Below are positions 1 through 12,800 of a DNA stretch of 64,000 bases, piece by piece. The DNA is from Tubiluchus corallicola (taxonomy: Eukaryota; Animalia; Priapulida), in NCBI GenBank assembly GCA_030141605.1, contig JAQGDQ010000182.1, forward strand, positions 1-64,000, read 5' to 3'. The notes beneath the pieces were generated by a model. It did no database searches and was not told where the DNA came from. It saw only the letters and a program-made list of their open reading frames with translations. Within the stretch, counting starts at the first letter, position 1. The number at the start of each line of letters is the position of its first letter. Both the position numbers and the translations under genes were made by a program.

Positions 1-721
1 ACATAAATTGTCATTTAAATTGACGCGATGCCATCATAAGAGTAGAGAAACCTTTTAGCAGGACTAATCTTGAATTATCACAGTGATTTTCGCACTAGCG
101 CTGCGCTCACCTGCAGTTCACCTGTTACAGCGGTCCACTGACTCCTCTCACGTTTACCAAGATGAGCCCAACCTGCGTGTGCAGGAGCGATGTATTATTA
201 TTAATTCTTTCCATCAGAAGTCATTAAACGACATTCCTAGTTCTGCATGCATGTATAACCCTTCCCACTTATTATGTTTCCATCATATTTTTATCTATTT
301 TCTCCAGATAGTAGTAGTGGTAGTAAAGCTTCACTCAGTTAGTAGTGATTTCACATACAACATTAGCTAAAATAGCTAATAGCTGATAGCTATAGTGATT
401 CCATTATTCCACGATTTAATTCTTTAGATTTATGATCTTACTAATTGTTAAAAAGTACCTATTTCAGTGGTCGTATTTGTTATTAGCCTATTTTATCTAT
501 TACTCCTTTAGATTTCTCACAATATAATGCATGTTCTGTACTACTGTATTTTTTTGCTTTCTGCACTTTGAACAAAAACACTTCTGACAAACAAAAAATG
601 ACAAAAACGTAAGTATTCCCACTTATTTCCTTTGAAATTAGTTTTCAGTTAAAATAAAATAATAATTTATTTTATTTGATTTCTGTTGTGGCGATCACTG
701 GCATCTATTAGAATTACAATC

Positions 722-2985
722 TGTGACAAGAAAGGACATTTGGAGGTTGTTTGCATGAAGAAACAACGACAGCAACAAGACTAAAAATCTGGAAAGTCCG
801 TGAGGAGAATTAGGAAAGATGAGCTTGTCAAGGCAATCCTAGGTGAAGTTCCCGAAGATTCTCCTAGTTTGGATGTCGAAGTCAACATCTAAGACCAACA
901 GTTCAAGATGGAACTTGACGCTGCAACCTCGGGAAATTTTGTTTCAGTGCTGGTCTGGAAACAACTAGGAAAGCCAAAGCTGGATGACATCAGACATCGC
1001 TACGAGTCTGCCAGCAAGCACGACCTGCCAGTGCTTGGAACTTTCATGGGCCAGACCAAGGATCCAAAGACTGGTAAACACAGCTCATTTCCCTGCATCG
1101 TCACCAAGATTCCTGACCTGAACCTGCTTGGATGAAATGCTCTCCAGAAGCTGGAAATTTCTGTGGACAATGCTCTAGGACTGAGAAGCATAGAGAGTCG
1201 AGACAAGAGCGAGGGTGTAAAAACGTCACATCCGGGGGCCTCTTACACGTCTTATGCTTCCCTGCAACTAGATTGCCACCACCTGTGTGACGAGTTCCCA
1301 GATCTCTTCAAAGAAGAATTCTGGTGTGAAGTTCAAGTCTGACGCAAAGCTGGTTTTTCACAAGGCAGGACCGGTTCCATTCGCTCTTCGAGATGACCTG
1401 GCCAAAGGTTACAAAGAAGGCATCACCAAAGGAGTCTGGAAGCCAATCCAGTTCAATGAATATGGAATGCCAGTGGTACCGATTCGTAAAGCTTACACAC
1501 CGGGCACTCAGAGTCCCAAACTGCAGATCTGTGGTGACTACTCAGTCGTCATCAACGATCAGCTAGAGGACCACTGTCATCCGATGCCACTCCCAGAAGA
1601 ACTTGTGCAGAAGCTGGGAGGCAGATACGGCTACACGAAGATCGACCTTGCTGATGCCTATAACCAGAATAAGCTCGCACCCAAAAGTCAACACAGGCTA
1701 GCTCTAAGTATCCACCGTGGTGTACTCCAAAAGCAGCGACTCCCTTTCGGAATCAACTCAGTGCCTGGTTACCTTCAGGAGATCACAGAAAACCTGACCA
1801 GTGATCTGCCTGGAGTTGCAGTCTTCCAAGACGATATGCTCGTCAGTGGGCAAGACGCAAATGATCACCTCAGCAACCTGAGATGCCTGCTCACTCGTCT
1901 CAGATGTCGTCATAAAAAGTGCTTGTTCGCACAACCAAGTATTGAATATCTTGGACACACCTTATCGGCCAAATGAGTCACGAAAGGATCCAAGGTCGAG
2001 GCAGTCACCTCCTACAGACATCTCAAGCTTGAAGTCTTTCTTGGGCTCGGTTCAGTTCTTCGGGAAGTTGATGGCAGAGCCTCTTTACCGCTTGGAGGAT
2101 CTACTGCATATCGGGCACTTCGGCATGGAATGCATGAAGCAGTTGGCAAGAACTGCTGTCTACTGGCCCGGTATCGCTGCGGCTATCGAGATGGCTAGCC
2201 GACGATGTGACTCATGAGGAGAACATCAAAGCAAGCCATCCAAGCCTGCAGTTCACCCATGGATGCTACCAGAGAAGCCATGGAGCCGCTTACACCTGGA
2301 TCACGCCATAAACTTCATTGGTACGAACTGGCTGGTGATCACGGATGCTTACTCAAAGTATCCATGCATTCAACCTACTTCTTCCACGTCCACTAGAGCC
2401 ACTCTAGATTTCCTGGAAGAGGACTTTGCTCACTTTGGATTACCTCACATGCTGGTCACAGACAATGCATCTACCTTCATGTCTGATGAGTTCCAGAGTT
2501 GGTGCAGAGAAAGTGGGATCACACATCTCATGGGAGCACCATACCATCCAGCTACTAATGGAGCAGCAGAACGATTGGTGCAGACATTCAAGCAAGCACT
2601 CAGGAAGTCTTGATGTCTCGGCAGATACCGACAAGGATCGACTCCTTGCTACCCTCGCCAGCACACGCCACTCAGGGCGGTCATCAAGAAAGCTTCGGGT
2701 ACTCGCTGCTTCAATGTTAAGGTCCTTCCTCATGGTCCAGTGTGGAGACGACACTGGGAACAGCTACGTCCGTGCTATGCTTCTAGAGAGGACTACGAAC
2801 CTGGTGATGAGATGGACTTTACTTCTGAGCTTCCACCTGATCATCCATTAGAGATCCTGAAGAACTGCCAGAAACCATAAAGCAAACCAGAGCACATCGG
2901 CCCATGTCCGAGACCAAGCTGCATGTGCCAGAGTATGGACCGGACAATCCCAGACTATGCAAGAGGACACCCAAGGCGAGAGAGA
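722..2985 (+). mobile_element. Decayed Ty3/Gypsy LTR-retrotransposon internal region (end of gag zinc knuckle, protease, RT, integrase); frameshifted, RNase H deleted, no LTRs recognised
   Basis: CDKKGHLEVVC knuckle remnant at 722-754; protease-like MELDAATSGNFV (908); RT motifs PVVPIRK..ICGDY, KIDLADAYNQ, RLPFGI, FQDD, YLGH (1287-1976); integrase H2C2 HIGHFG..YWPG..CDS and core HLDHA..VTDNA..PYHPATNGAAER (2100-2613). The PR-RT-IN order indicates Gypsy. Confidence 0.93.
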
Positions 2986-3797
2986 GTAATAATCCAAAGA
3001 TCATGACTTATTATTTATCTAAAAATTATGTACAATAATCATCACTAAATTGTGCTGATTGCATGTTGTTTCAAACATTTTAGTGATAAAGAATGTGTGT
3101 AGTTATTCGTTCATTTTTAATACATATCTAGCTATATGACAGGGCAAGAGACTGTATGACCCATTGGCTCCTTCCTGCCCTGCTCCATAATCACAATTAT
3201 TTAATATTTAACTAAAACTTTTGCTGTAAAACTATACTGGAGAAAATAAAATATTTAATGTTCTACGTCTATGCCTGTGTACATGTAGTTGAAGTGCTCG
3301 AATTATTTTAATCTACAGTTTAAAATGGAATTAAATTCGAATTAAAAAGCTCGTCCGAACTGAAAAATGTTCGATTGAATTTAAAAAATTCGAAGTTTCG
3401 ATGTTCACGCCTCACGCCTATTATGTGGAACTTGTTTCAGGACACATCAGTTAATTGCTTGCCAGCAGACAGGAGCACAAATCGGTCGCAAAGAATGAAG
3501 GACTAGTACGCAGTATAATTGGTTATACATTATATGGTTTCTCTTACTGTAGTTAATTAAGAGGTGCAAAAACTGCGGAAGCGTACAAGTGGAGAAACGC
3601 AAATAAAGAACTAAAAACAGCAATGATTTTGGATCTCTGTAAATTGTTAGATAGTAATGTTGTAATTTTCATTAATTTTGAAGTGCCTTCTAACATTAGC
3701 AAGTAAACTATCTTGCATTTGCTTAATAACATCCAAGAGGTTCGACATAGTTTTGATTTTGGAATTCCAATCAAGCATATCTATCAACTAATCAAGT

Positions 3798-3857
3798 ATG
3801 AGCGTAACGCAGGATGAAAAAGTACTTGCCATTGAGTCTACACAAGATTTTGAAAAG
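3798..3857 (+). CDS. CNOT10: CNOT10 coding exon 1 ([20 protein letters not shown])
   Basis: ATG at 3798; donor AAG|GTACGC, phase 0; resembles the TDQEKEL..AFQAF helix of vertebrate CNOT10. Confidence 0.8.
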
Positions 3858-6800
3858 GTACGCTTTATTCTTCTACTATTTTAGGCATTACCATGGTTTA
3901 CTAATTGCACCTTCGGCCTTCTTCGAAAAACGCTTACTGATTGTTCTGGGGCTTATTGCTTATAATATAACACCTTGGACCTGGGATGGAATATGCTAGC
4001 CGTGCGTGGAGCAGTGTAATGAATATCGCTGAGAGCATGGCATTGTGACATCACTACTTCATCAACTAGAATGGGAGACTTTGGAGAACAGACGGTTGCT
4101 CCACTAAACCGCAATGTTCTATATAAAATTCAGTATGGACTGATGAATATAATCTTTCCTATGTGTGTTGTACCGTCCTCATTACACGCCCGTTCATGAC
4201 ACCGGTACAAATATGTCGAAGTTCCATGTAGTGTCCTCTCTCACACACATTTCTTTTAGCTAATTTGGATATAGAAAAGGCTTGCTACCATAGCAGTAAA
4301 TGCTAGCTCCATCGAGGCTTTCCGGCACTTAACATTTGATACCATTAGATGCATGGAGACACCTGTTCATGTGGGAAGAAATCTCGGAAAAAAATTACAC
4401 ATTTTTAAATGCACACCAATAAACCACACCTAGTACCTTGTACCATTAAGATATCAAGTGGACATTTTTCTTTGATACATGGGGCTTATTGATGTCACTC
4501 GCCATTCCGGTTTAGCTGTTCTGAGCTTTTTGAATTATCGATTGAAGATTGAAGATTACTGGAAGAGTTACCAGCCACTGCTTTGTATCATGTTATTAGT
4601 GAGTTGTAGACCTTCATATTCAAACCTTGGATTTACAGTTGCAACTTTAATATATGTAGAATTGTTGCAGCTTTGCCTGTGTATTACTTGGTTCAGTTGG
4701 GTGTGTATTTGATAAATGCAAAACAGGAGGAAAATTCATAATTTTTGTCATTTTATTACTGTATGGGTTTGTTTTAGAAGTAATATTTTATATTCTGGTA
4801 ACACGTAGCATTGTCATTGAGAAAATTGGCTTCTGCTAAGAAATTAAATTAACATAAAATTTAGTAAGTTTTGCAAAACTAGCAGAGGACAGAGAACTGA
4901 TTGTAGGCAGAGGTCATGAAATGATATGTCATGGCAGTTTCTTGCCTATTGGAATCTTAGAAATACTAAGAATTTTTTTCAGTTAACCATAGCATACGAA
5001 ACTTGTAAAAATGCAACGAGATGATATAAATTTATTATGTTTTTTTAATTATGCATGTTATAGAAATTACTGATTTTTCCCCTTTAAACTTATTTCTAGT
5101 CAGAATGTATACATGTAATTAAAATGAATTAAAGTATTAGTTATAATATTGATAATAATAATAATATAATACTGATAATACTTCATTTGTGCAGGGCAAC
5201 TTCAAGCAGTGCATTAATGTATTGGATAGAATTATTCAAAGCAGGTCCAATGATCCAAAAGTGCTTCACAACAGAGCTATAGCTGAGTTTTACCGTTCTG
5301 GATTTAGGAAAACTGATGAATTTAAGCAAGACTTGAATCTTGTGTGCAAAAAGGTCAGTTTTTTCTTTTGGTCTAAACTGTGATAAAATAATTATTTGTT
5401 TGTTCTGAAAATGTGTACACGATTTATAAAACACAGCATGCTGCATGATATGCAGTCAAACTTCTTTATACCGCCTATTTTGGGCCTGGAAAAAAAGGAA
5501 AAAAAGGTTGGCAATCAGGCGAGTTTGGCATTATAACAAGGTGCATTCATACATACATGTCTACACAAATATAAACATTTTGTTTTACTAGAAGTATGGG
5601 CATTAAACAAGGTTGGTGTTATAACGAGTGTTTGACTGTATCTCGTTTTATTCAAGCCCTTGCTTCTGGAAACTTTATTGAAATAATCTCATATTAAGGG
5701 GGTGTAAGTTTGTTTTTCTTTGTCAGGAAACTTTGTCCTGTGGCTTTTCTTTTTAAAATTATGGCAGTGACTGTTTTAAACTTTAATTTAATGCAAAACT
5801 ACTTAAAAGTTAAAAAAGCTGCAACATTCAATTTTGATTTCACTTTGGCATTTTAATTATAATGTACGCATAACGTGAACTCTGAAACGATGCCAGTTAT
5901 ACAGCTGTTACTTGGATTTTAAGTCATTAATGATTTGAAAATAAGTAAGTTTGCTTACACTATACTTCTAAACAGTGATGACAACTTCACTATATCTATA
6001 TCATATTTATTAAAAAAGCTAGCTCCTGCTGTTTCAGTTTTTTTTTTTGTAGGTAGCAGCACGTGTGGTATAAAAAGTTTGTAGCAAAGTAACGCAGATA
6101 ATTGGGAAAAGCATTTAATGTGATTAGAAGTTTTGTTGCAAATGTTGATTTCTAGTTAAATAATAAGCACGCGAGTAAAAATATTATTTCTAATGACATT
6201 GGTAAGCTGTGACTTGATTCTAAGAAACAATTTTTGTAGAATTTAAATTTCGGAATTATTTTCAAAAAATCTTGCTGTTTAGGCTCAGGTAAGCCTGCTT
6301 GACGAGGAGAGTCTGGAGGATGCTGATCACTGCGTAATCTTTTTCAATCATGCCATCATACTGTATCATCTAAAGCAGTGGAGAATGGCAATCCGTCTTC
6401 TGGAACGGGTATATCAGTATCTGGAACCACTAAGTATGTATTTGTCAATATGTATAATATTCTATATGTTAAATAAATTACACGCATTTCCACTTTTAGC
6501 AAAATGACATAGTTACAGATAGCTGGATGATTATTTCTTATATTGTTATTTATTTTTTATACAAATTGTTTGCAAATTAAGCCACTGGTACCTCTTAGGA
6601 GGCACCTGTTGACATTCCTCTTAAATGGGTGAGCTATAGTTAACAGGGAAGCATTTTTGGTAAAGAATACCCAAGATAAGATGCCCAGTGTTGAAAGTGG
6701 AATAATAAGCAGCCGCTATGAATGTCCATGGTAAAATATGAGCATCAATATTTATATAGCAAAACTTGCTTTACGATCTAACTAGTGTGATATGCTGGTA

Positions 6801-9800
6801 TTACATATTTAGCAAAACTGTATGCTGTACATGTATATGTACATTATGGTAATAATTGCCTCCTGGCTGTTAAAACAGCTGACTGAATAGCTTATAAGAA
6901 ATGTGTACAAACTGTGAGATACCACTGTGTGCAATATTTAATGCTTAGATCTTTAGAATATTATACTGCTGATGTTAGCACTTTTAATTTAGACATCATA
7001 GCATCTCTTTTTTTGCCAAGGAAGTTGTAAATAGTGGAAATCATGATTGTATGTTTTACTATTTCTCACTAGCCAAACAAAAATCCTTTTGATTAATTAA
7101 GAATTTCTTATGCAGTACAAAATATTAACAACTCCTTTTACAGCAATTTTCGTAATAAATTTTCCAGATGAACGACTGAAGCGTAGAGTTTGTTTCTTGC
7201 TGACAGAGTTGTATCTGTGCACTAATCAGCCGGCTAAAGCACTGTCTATGATAGAAAATACCGAGCAGTTACTGTTTGAATCTCGTTCTGATCGAGAAGG
7301 AGCGACAGACAAATCCAGCCAAGAACAATCATCATCTAATGATATATACATACCAAGAATTCAACATGTGAGAGTCTACTTTTCTCTGAAATGAATCATG
7401 ATTGTTTTCGTCAAAGCTTTCATGTGTCATAAGCAGTGATGAATAGGTCAATGGATGTTTTTTATTCAAATCCAAATATCTCGGCACCTATAATAAGAGC
7501 CGTCATAAATATACATACCATTTAGCTACCTGCTGCAGAATGTATGTACATTTAGGCTAAGCGCTAAAAGGCATAAAACACCTTTGCTACTTTAGTGTCA
7601 CTTTTTAGAGGCTTATCTTTGATAATGAACTTGGTTCAGGTCTTGCCGCTACCATCCACATTGAGTAGACTCTGCTTTTCAGCATCTTGCAGAGTACCAG
7701 GATGTATTAAAAAAACATCTTTCACTCATTCAGGTGTTTAGGCCTTTAGGGTCCAAGTTAAATAAGTGAAATGAAGAACATGCAGGAGCAGCTGCTAAAT
7801 ATGTTACCCATACCTTGTAAGGATCTGGGATCTGATAGCCAAATTCAAGCTTTGCTCTTAATTTCACATTTATTTCTTTCAGCTAAATCATAAATTTGTT
7901 TTTAACGATTTTATAGTCACTGGTTTCTTCTATCATTTAGCTGTAAGTGATTTGCGCTACTTTGTTTGTTTACCATTTTGGTATATTATATTACATTTTT
8001 TGCAGTACAAGGTTAGATGTTACTTGCAGCAGAAGAACATAAAAGCTTGCAAGAAAGACTTGAAAGTTCTCAGTAACACCGTGCAGTCTGTAAGTGCAAG
8101 AAAACATTAGTGTAACTCTGGCCATTGTGTGTGTGCATTTTTTGTGTAGTGTTTGTTGTTTGGGTTAATTTTCCATGAACTGGTTTGTTGTTTTGGCATC
8201 AAAGTTGATCAGTGCGGTTGTGTCTTTAGTTTGTTTGTTTATTTGTTGTCCATTTATCCATCTATCCATTTAAAATAGGGCATCAGTAAACACATCTAAA
8301 GAGCTGCCAAAAGAAAGAGAGCTGTAATATAACAAAAGTACCTGATGCTTAAAATTAGTCAATTCCGTAAGAAACCTGTCTGTCTGTAAATATTATGGTC
8401 TAATTCGTAAAGTTTTTATGTAAATTTCTTTTTGAAATCAAACAGCTTTGCAAATATTCACAGGTAATGTTTCTGTGTACTTGCAGGCTAGCAGTAGTCA
8501 AGATACGTACATCTTCAACAGTGGACTTTCTGACACTGTTATTTACCTGAAAGCCAATTTTGAATACATAAAGGGCAATTACCGTAAAGCGATGAAGATT
8601 CTTGCTGTTGCTCCGGGAACGTTTCCTCCATTCGTTGAGTCTGGGCAGTGCGTTCCAGCTATGTACTTTAATAACCTAGGATGTATTCACTTTCATTTAC
8701 GAAAACACAATCTAGGCCTGTTCTATTGTCAAAAGTCACTGGAAGAGATGGACAGAGCATTGAGCATGCTACCAGCAAAAGAAGCTGGTAAGACATTAGA
8801 AAAGCTCATACAAAAAATGCTTGGCATAGGGCACATTTTTAGAAGATTGGCAGCTTTTTCAAGATAATTTTTTTATTTTTTATTTTTGTGGGTAATTAAT
8901 AGGAAGTTTTCATTTTGTGATGATGGCATCAGTGTGTTGAAAAGGGTCAGTGTGTTGAAAAGGGTGAAAACAAAGTCGTTAATTAGGAGCACATTTTCAG
9001 TTGATTATTAGAAAGCAATGATTAATGGTAATTGGTGGTCAATTAAAGTTTTTTCCTTTTAAATTTGAAATGATTATTAGTTTAAATCATAAACAAATCA
9101 ATATTTCTTTTTGTTATATGTTGTTTAACATATCAAAATCCAAATGTATATTGTTTAGACATTCCAATGAATGTAGATTATCTCAGATATCAATTAATGG
9201 TGTAACTTTAAACTCTCATTTAGACCACCAAGTTCCAAATTAAATATAATTTGTCTCCTGAAGTGCTAAGGTGCATGCGTTATTTCATTAAAGCTGTGAA
9301 TTCATTACTGAGTTTTTTAAAATCTGTGAGTAACAAACGTGTGTTGCTTAAGTTGTTCAATGCTTATTGCCGTGCACTCTATGGTAGTTGAATTTTTAAC
9401 TTAACTGATAGAAGTGTAATGTTTATGATTGTTGAATATCGAAAAACACTGCATTGTATACTTAGCATACTATATAGCTCGCCTTCTGCAATGACGATAA
9501 CTATTGTTGAAACTTCCTCCTGTGAATTTTTATAGCTAAGAGAATGTTTAAATTGTTGGCATGTATAAATCGGTCAAGAAGTACTATTTTAAAAACACTG
9601 TCACTTTTAATCATGGCTTCTACCTGTACAGCCGTCAGAGTTACCATATTTATCGTACAAAATATTTTTAATTTTACTAACACTGCTCTTAATAATCGTG
9701 ATTTATTTGCTTATGAAATGTACTGGCTTACTGAATGGAAAACCGCCTACCTAGCTTTTCGTACAAAGAAATTCGTTAGATTCTGTATTATATTATAACT

Positions 9801-12800
9801 AACTAATATAAGCATTCTTGTAAGTTATTACTAACAAATATTGACAAATTGCATTTTTAAAATATGTAATGTGTGCGAATAAAATATTATATATATATAT
9901 ATCGTGTGTATGTATACATACATATATATATATATCATCTCCACAGTGTGTGGCCCTAAGATTGTCTGTTTATTCAATGCTGTTGAGATTTTACTAGTGC
10001 CATCTATTGGACAGTTTGCTGTTTTTCGTTTTGCCTAATTGAAGTACCAATTGTACAAGGAAACTGTTTGGTTTGTGTGTTACTGTTAATCAATTATATG
10101 TGAAATGATCACTGATGGGAACTTTACAAACCAAATATTATGATCTTGTTTCATTTTAATGAAAGTAAAACTGAATTACGACAGGCAAAAAACAGCAGTA
10201 AAGTGAAGTCCATGTTCACTTTTTATGAATATTAAATGGGTACCTCATTTTTCGTTTATTTGTTGTACCATATTAGTTTGTTTTTTAGCTTTTGATTGAC
10301 AAAACTATGTATGTTAGAGATAAAGGACAATGAAAACTAAAATAATTTCAATGAAATCTTTTGAAGAATGTTTTTTTGAAGAACTACGTCTTGTTGATCA
10401 ATTGTAGTTCTATAACTACAATGTTTACTGTTCTAACTATATGTTCTATGAATTATAATGGTAATTATGGTTTTATAACAATGACGTTGATTATGATGTT
10501 AAAGCTGAAGTGCATTAATAAATTACGAAAACTACTATCATCACAATTTCCATAATATATGTTATTTAATTAGCAGTTTTATAGAAGTGCCATTTTCCAT
10601 TTTTTCAGTTACTTCGCAACTGGGTCAGTCTCTGTCTGGCCGTCCTATACATACTATCACTAGCAGTCGACGATATGAGCTACTTCACAACATTGGGCTG
10701 CAGTTGCTTTTCTGTGGGAAGCCACTTCAGGCATTTGACTGTTTGTTGGAAGTTGTACAGGTTTACCACAACAACCCTCGCCTGTGGCTTCGACTAGCAG
10801 AATGCTGTATTTCTGCGCAGAAACTAGTGAGTCTTTTTTAGAAACGTTAGTTGAACTACATAAATAATACTGATTTTGATTACCCAAGTTTTCATTTCCA
10901 GTTCTTTTCCAATAGATATCATTGATTAGGTGTGAGTTCTTTCGTCTCAAGATATTGAAGAGTCTGAGTTTTATTAATATTATTACATTTGTGTGGTTAT
11001 TTGTTTTTAAAGCAAGGTATCGGGTTGTCTGCTTATTTATCGACCTGTCACTTAAATAATAAGACATTAGTCTGACAGAGTTTTCACACGTTTGACGTAT
11101 TACAGTACAGCATGTAGGTAGGTATTATTAGAAGTTCTCTTAGTATTTGAAAAGAAATTTTTGGGCACATTTGTTACTGTGTGTTTATTCAAAATATTTA
11201 TTCAAAATGTATGATTGTCTATATTCTCTTTCATTCATAAGTGCCAGCTGGGAAGGCCAAGTTTTAATCTCCATATATCTTCCGATGATTCCTAGGTGTT
11301 TTCGTTATTAATATGCACTGGCACAGAAAAAATGTGCAGAAGTTTTTACTACAATTCTATTAGTAGCACATACCCTGCAGAGTTTAAATTTCATTGCGTG
11401 ATACTACAGTGTATTAGTTTTTGGTATGAAAGTTATGAGTCTATTGTTTCAGTAGTTTTCAAGTTATGGCCGAAACTCTTTTGCGATTTAAAACTTTACA
11501 TGCTGGAGCAATGTCAGATAATTGTCAAATGAAAAACACCCACGTTGAGGTATAAAGTGTCTAATGTGTGCCAAGAAAGTGACCTAAACCTTTGCAGTTT
11601 ATACATAATCGTCTGTAACATCAGTGTGGTTCCAAGAGATTCTGTTATTTTTTCTTTTTATAATATCTTGATCAAAACTTCGGCTGTGCCACTTGGTATA
11701 TATGTAGCAGAATTTGTACATTGAACAACTGTAAATTAAGAATTAACAGTTTGAATTTATATTTCTTGTTTAATATTTTTTCTAGGATAACGAGCAACTT
11801 CTAACAACAAAGTTGAAAGCACAAGATCTTGTCAGATGCATTGCTGGTCAAGGTCCACATAAGAAAATCATTCTTAAGCCACTCGATGCCAATAAACCAT
11901 CTACACGGTAAATCTATTTTTCATTTTAGAAGCACTTGTGTACATATAGATGGAATGAATATAAAATGCTTAGCTAATCTAGTATTCTGTTGTTTGTCTG
12001 TTAGTTTGTCTATGTGATAGTTCAAAAGGTTACAGATGGATTTTAATAAAATCACGTTCACAGTTAAACTGAGATTGAAATAAAACAATTTTGGTTGTTA
12101 TTGATTGACAAATGAAAAAGAAATTTGTGATTACTATTGATTGTTGTTACTATTGTTTTTTATGAGAAATACATGTCTGTCTCACTGATTTCATTGACCA
12201 AATACACAACTACATTTTTTAATGTGCATATAATTCATAGCAGATTGCTTCAGTACAGAAGAGCAAGACATCTTGCCTCACTTATACAGGGAATGATACC
12301 AGAAAAAAAGACGGTGATTAAAAATTATTTGCTGTAGTGACTGGTCACCATGCACTGATGGAGGTGCTCTATAGGAGTAGATGTGTCATCTAGTTGCTCT
12401 TCTTGAGTAATAGATATTATTTATGCCCTTTCTTGTATAGATTAGACGGCCCGTCTGCAGCAATACCAAATGCCACTATGGAGTTTGCTGTACTTTGTCT
12501 GAAAAACGCTCTTCAGCTTCTTCCCGAAAAACCATCACTGGAAAAAGCTGAATCTGAAGCAAAGGCAGAAGGCGAAGAGGGTGAGAAGCCTGCGGCTGAG
12601 GTGAGAGTGCCGGCTCCTCCAGGAAGCCCTTTAAATGCGGAGCAGGTTTCTAGTTTAAGGTAAGTGGTTGTCTATGAGGAGCTTGCTTGGAAGAAAGTCT
12701 GTATCTTTTTTATACACTTTGTTACACCCGAAATTACTCAAAGACCAGCTGTACTCGAGGAGACTTTTGTGACATGACCCAGAGCGTGACTTATCATCAG

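Noticed and set aside
5970-7500. C-box-like RTGATGA motifs in CNOT10 introns (about 5975 and 7435)
   Set aside because: No suitably placed D box or terminal stem for a C/D snoRNA.
10660-11067. 135-aa minus-strand ORF
   Set aside because: Antisense to CNOT10 exon 7 and intron; no recognisable motif.
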